Shown piece by piece: positions 61,661 to 64,000 of a DNA stretch of 64,000 nt. Under the pieces are notes generated by a model. It saw nothing but the letters and a program-made list of their open reading frames with translations. It searched no databases and was not told the DNA's origin. The position numbers and the translations under genes are program-made. The stretch comes from Patescibacteria group bacterium (GTDB lineage: Bacteria; Patescibacteriota; Patescibacteriia; Magasanikbacterales; GWA2-37-8), in assembly GCA_041649475.1 (NCBI GenBank), contig JBAZNA010000001.1, positions 24,895 through 88,894 of the forward strand. Direction: 5' to 3'. Numbering within the stretch: position 1 is the stretch's first letter; every line of letters begins with the position of its first letter.

Positions 61661-62502
61661 AACTGTCTATTTTTCTTTCTGATACTCAAAAATCTCAACA
61701 AGATAAAGAATGCCAAAATTAAAACCACAAATAATGCCTGGCTCCACCATGGAAAATACCACAAATCATAAACAGCTGAAACGAGTTGTCCTGTCTTCCC
61801 GTAGGTAACATTGACCTGCACCTTATATAATCCCGGCCAAACGACTCCGGAACCTGCGCCGATTTCGGGCTTTAAATTTCTGGAGGATCCGGCCAGTAAC
61901 TTATTACCCAAATTTATATCACTTGAAAAAACTTTAACTCCTCTAAAATCTTTTATAACCACCGAACCGGAGAGCGGCACCTCAATATTCCCATTATTTA
62001 CAAGCCCCAGTTCAAAAACCCAACCATTTTCAGCCAGTTTCTTCTCAACCTTCCAATTATTAATACTTACAGCTTCATGCACCACTCCGCTCACCTGTAT
62101 AGTAAGCAAACTAACAAGTTGTGTATTTAAACTGATTTTGCCCCGTGTTTCGGCCGTTGGTATAACTGCCAATCCCAAATAATGCGAACCGGGTGCCGCA
62201 TCCTTGGGAATTTTAACAAGAAACTTACCATCGCCTAGAGATACAACCCAATTTTCAGCTACCTCAATGCCCGTGCCAAAAACTGGCCTGCCCTTTTCGT
62301 CTTCAACAGCCCCTAAAACTTTAAAAATAAAAGCGCTATAATTTGTGCCGTTATTGTTAATAGTAACCGAGACCGTCTGGCTTGTCCCCGGATCAGCAGT
62401 TATTAGTGTGCGTGTCGGAGAAATACTAAAGGCCCATGCTTGTCCTGCCCACAAAAACACAGCGCTCAAAAACACCAAAATAGCTGTTTTTTTTAAGCCC
62501 AT
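61657..62502 (-). CDS. Secreted protein with C-terminal TM anchor (DUF916-like cell-surface protein architecture)
   Basis: N-terminal signal peptide (AGQAWA cleavage), about 230-aa ectodomain, C-terminal WWSQALFVVLILAFFILLRFL TM plus RKKNRQL. Confidence 0.5.
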   Translation of the reverse strand: MGLKKTAILVFLSAVFLWAGQAWAFSISPTRTLITADPGTSQTVSVTINNNGTNYSAFIFKVLGAVEDEKGRPVFGTGIEVAENWVVSLGDGKFLVKIPKDAAPGSHYLGLAVIPTAETRGKISLNTQLVSLLTIQVSGVVHEAVSINNWKVEKKLAENGWVFELGLVNNGNIEVPLSGSVVIKDFRGVKVFSSDINLGNKLLAGSSRNLKPEIGAGSGVVWPGLYKVQVNVTYGKTGQLVSAVYDLWYFPWWSQALFVVLILAFFILLRFLSIRKKNRQL

Positions 62503-62516
62503 AATTTTTTTCGGTC

Positions 62517-63149
62517 TTAAAAATTAGCCGATGCCGTAAGAGTAATGGTCTGGCTCCTGGCACCAGCTGTAGTTCCACTACCAATTGCTGCTTTAAATGT
62601 CAAAATTGTGCCCGCGCTTGTAATCGGCGTACTGGAAGAAGCCAGACCAAGTCCCGCGGTTATAGATTCATCGTCAGAAAATAATTTGTCCGATCCATCC
62701 AAGGACACGCCGTATTCTTCAGAACCGGCTGTAACAGAGCCATCTGCTACTCCTGTTAAACTGGAACCGCTTACACTGCCGACAGATAAAGAATAACCAC
62801 TCTCGGAATTAGTGACCACGCTGGCTGTTGTGCTGGCACTATTTACTTGACTCACACTCATCGTGCCCAAATCCAAACTGGCACTGCTAAGGGTTAAACT
62901 GATTGAACTGCGTTCCATGGCTTGATAACCTCCCCGCACTTCATAAATACTGCTGGTAGTAAAACCGGCAGGGCTCTCACCGGCTGAATCTTGCAAGGTA
63001 TATGCTCCGCCCGAACTATAAACTCCACCGGAATCAACCGTATCGGCATAAATTGTATAATTTGTTGAAGACATCATCCCCAATGCGCACAGAGGGAATA
63101 ATAAAAAACCGAGCAGGAAAAAAATATGTATTATTTTTTTTCTCAACAT
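62517..63149 (-). CDS. Secreted Ser/Thr/Gly-rich protein
   Basis: Signal peptide, then a low-complexity S/T/G-rich sequence with no anchor. 210 aa. Confidence 0.45.
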   Translation of the reverse strand: MLRKKIIHIFFLLGFLLFPLCALGMMSSTNYTIYADTVDSGGVYSSGGAYTLQDSAGESPAGFTTSSIYEVRGGYQAMERSSISLTLSSASLDLGTMSVSQVNSASTTASVVTNSESGYSLSVGSVSGSSLTGVADGSVTAGSEEYGVSLDGSDKLFSDDESITAGLGLASSSTPITSAGTILTFKAAIGSGTTAGARSQTITLTASANF

Positions 63150-63152
63150 ACT

Positions 63153-63977
63153 TTATTGTGAACTAGTCCCGCCAACCAATGCCTTTATTTTTGCAGTTAT
63201 ATCCTTATTGTCCGGATTCAAGTCCTTAACTTTATAATAGTATTCCAGGGCCTTGGCTTTATCCCCTTTGATTTCATAAAGCAAACCCAAACTATATAAA
63301 GCATTGGAATAGCTGGGTTGGAGATTAACGGCTTGGAGCCATAATTTCTCCGCATCGCTTCTGTCGCTTCCTGTATTCCGGTTATAAAGCAAACGCCCAT
63401 AGTTATACAGGGCCTCCGGATTATTTGAGGCAACCGAAATAACATTCTTATAAGTATCCACTGCCTTGTCCATTTCTTTGTTGGCTTCATAAGCACCGGA
63501 GAGCGCAACATAAGCGCCAACATAATCTTTTTTAAGATCAATGGCTTTCTGATAGCTTTCAATAGCTTTGGGAATATTGTTTGACGCCGCATAATCGTTT
63601 CCTATCCGCCAATACAAAACCGCATTTGTCGGTTCTAAATCAATGGCCGAAGTAATAGATTTAATCGCCCAATCTCCGGCTTGCGGAACAATTAAGGACG
63701 CGTTTTCATACATGGTGGCTAAATTTTCCCAAATTGCCACCGTATTCGGAGACAAATCCGTGGCCGCGCGGGCTTCATTTACGGCTTGAGCCATATAATT
63801 TCCAACCTTCTGCATATCCGGCTGTTTCTCTTTGGAAGCATCGCTCGCTTCAAGCAGATACACTTGCGCCATGGCCACATGAAAGATGTCGGAACTGCCG
63901 TGCAGTGTAATTGCTTGTTGTAATTTTGATTGGGCGCCGGCCGCATCCTTGCTGTTCAAGGCCTGCGCATAAGCCAT
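63153..63977 (-). CDS. Tetratricopeptide-repeat (TPR) protein; the N-terminus may extend beyond the window
   Basis: Multiple TPR units of 34 aa (AxxxYxxAIxL..dYvgAY...). The frame is open upstream of the listed ATG to the window edge. Confidence 0.65.
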   Translation of the reverse strand: MAYAQALNSKDAAGAQSKLQQAITLHGSSDIFHVAMAQVYLLEASDASKEKQPDMQKVGNYMAQAVNEARAATDLSPNTVAIWENLATMYENASLIVPQAGDWAIKSITSAIDLEPTNAVLYWRIGNDYAASNNIPKAIESYQKAIDLKKDYVGAYVALSGAYEANKEMDKAVDTYKNVISVASNNPEALYNYGRLLYNRNTGSDRSDAEKLWLQAVNLQPSYSNALYSLGLLYEIKGDKAKALEYYYKVKDLNPDNKDITAKIKALVGGTSSQ

Positions 63978-64000
63978 ATCAGCTAAGTAAAACCTGACGC

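Overview
The window is AT-rich with short intergenic spacers and reads like a small Patescibacteria/CPR-type genome, with several archaeal-type enzymes. No CRISPR array or IS element was seen.

Main contents, in order:
- 1-250: two tRNAs.
- 258-1896: two paralogous CxDG...HxxCGAAGL proteins, the second on a GC-rich island.
- 2231-8876: an 18-codon Lys-rich peptide ORF, then a PHP-domain (EndoQ-like) protein, a three-subunit 2-oxoacid:ferredoxin oxidoreductase, a GlmU-type uridyltransferase, a class I aldolase, a methyltransferase and an HD hydrolase.
- 8958-12522: 5S and 23S rRNA on the minus strand under a consensus sigma70 promoter. No 16S gene is adjacent.
- 12561-17436: archaeal-type pyruvoyl arginine decarboxylase, tRNA-Leu, a free-standing LAGLIDADG homing endonuclease, then PNPase, a NYN protein and S15.
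- 17568-23351: a tandem array of nine paralogous small two-transmembrane (TM) TrbC/VirB2-like pilin proteins, three of them with Cys-rich ectodomains.
- 23357-29439: sugar ABC substrate-binding protein, GalU, and a three-gene type IV minor-pilin/PilX cluster.
- 29604-33569: PduO-type cobalamin adenosyltransferase next to a B12-dependent ribonucleotide reductase.
- 33761-41272: one 2503-aa repetitive surface-fibre protein.
- 41360-50837: RuvB, membrane proteins, a SpoIID-like protein, a Wzx-type flippase, an AI-2E transporter, a tRNA cluster (initiator Met, Gly-GCC, Gly-TCC), efp-epmA and rpsF-ssb-rpsR.
- 50970-56421: pilB-pilC-pilM-pilN-pilO plus one small membrane protein.
- 56372-63977: an RNA methyltransferase, YchF, tRNA-Ala, and a surface-protein locus (FN3 protein, two secreted proteins, TPR protein).

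The most unusual items are the pilin-paralog array and the giant repeat protein, followed by the free-standing LAGLIDADG endonuclease, the unlinked 23S-5S operon and the GC-rich paralog island.
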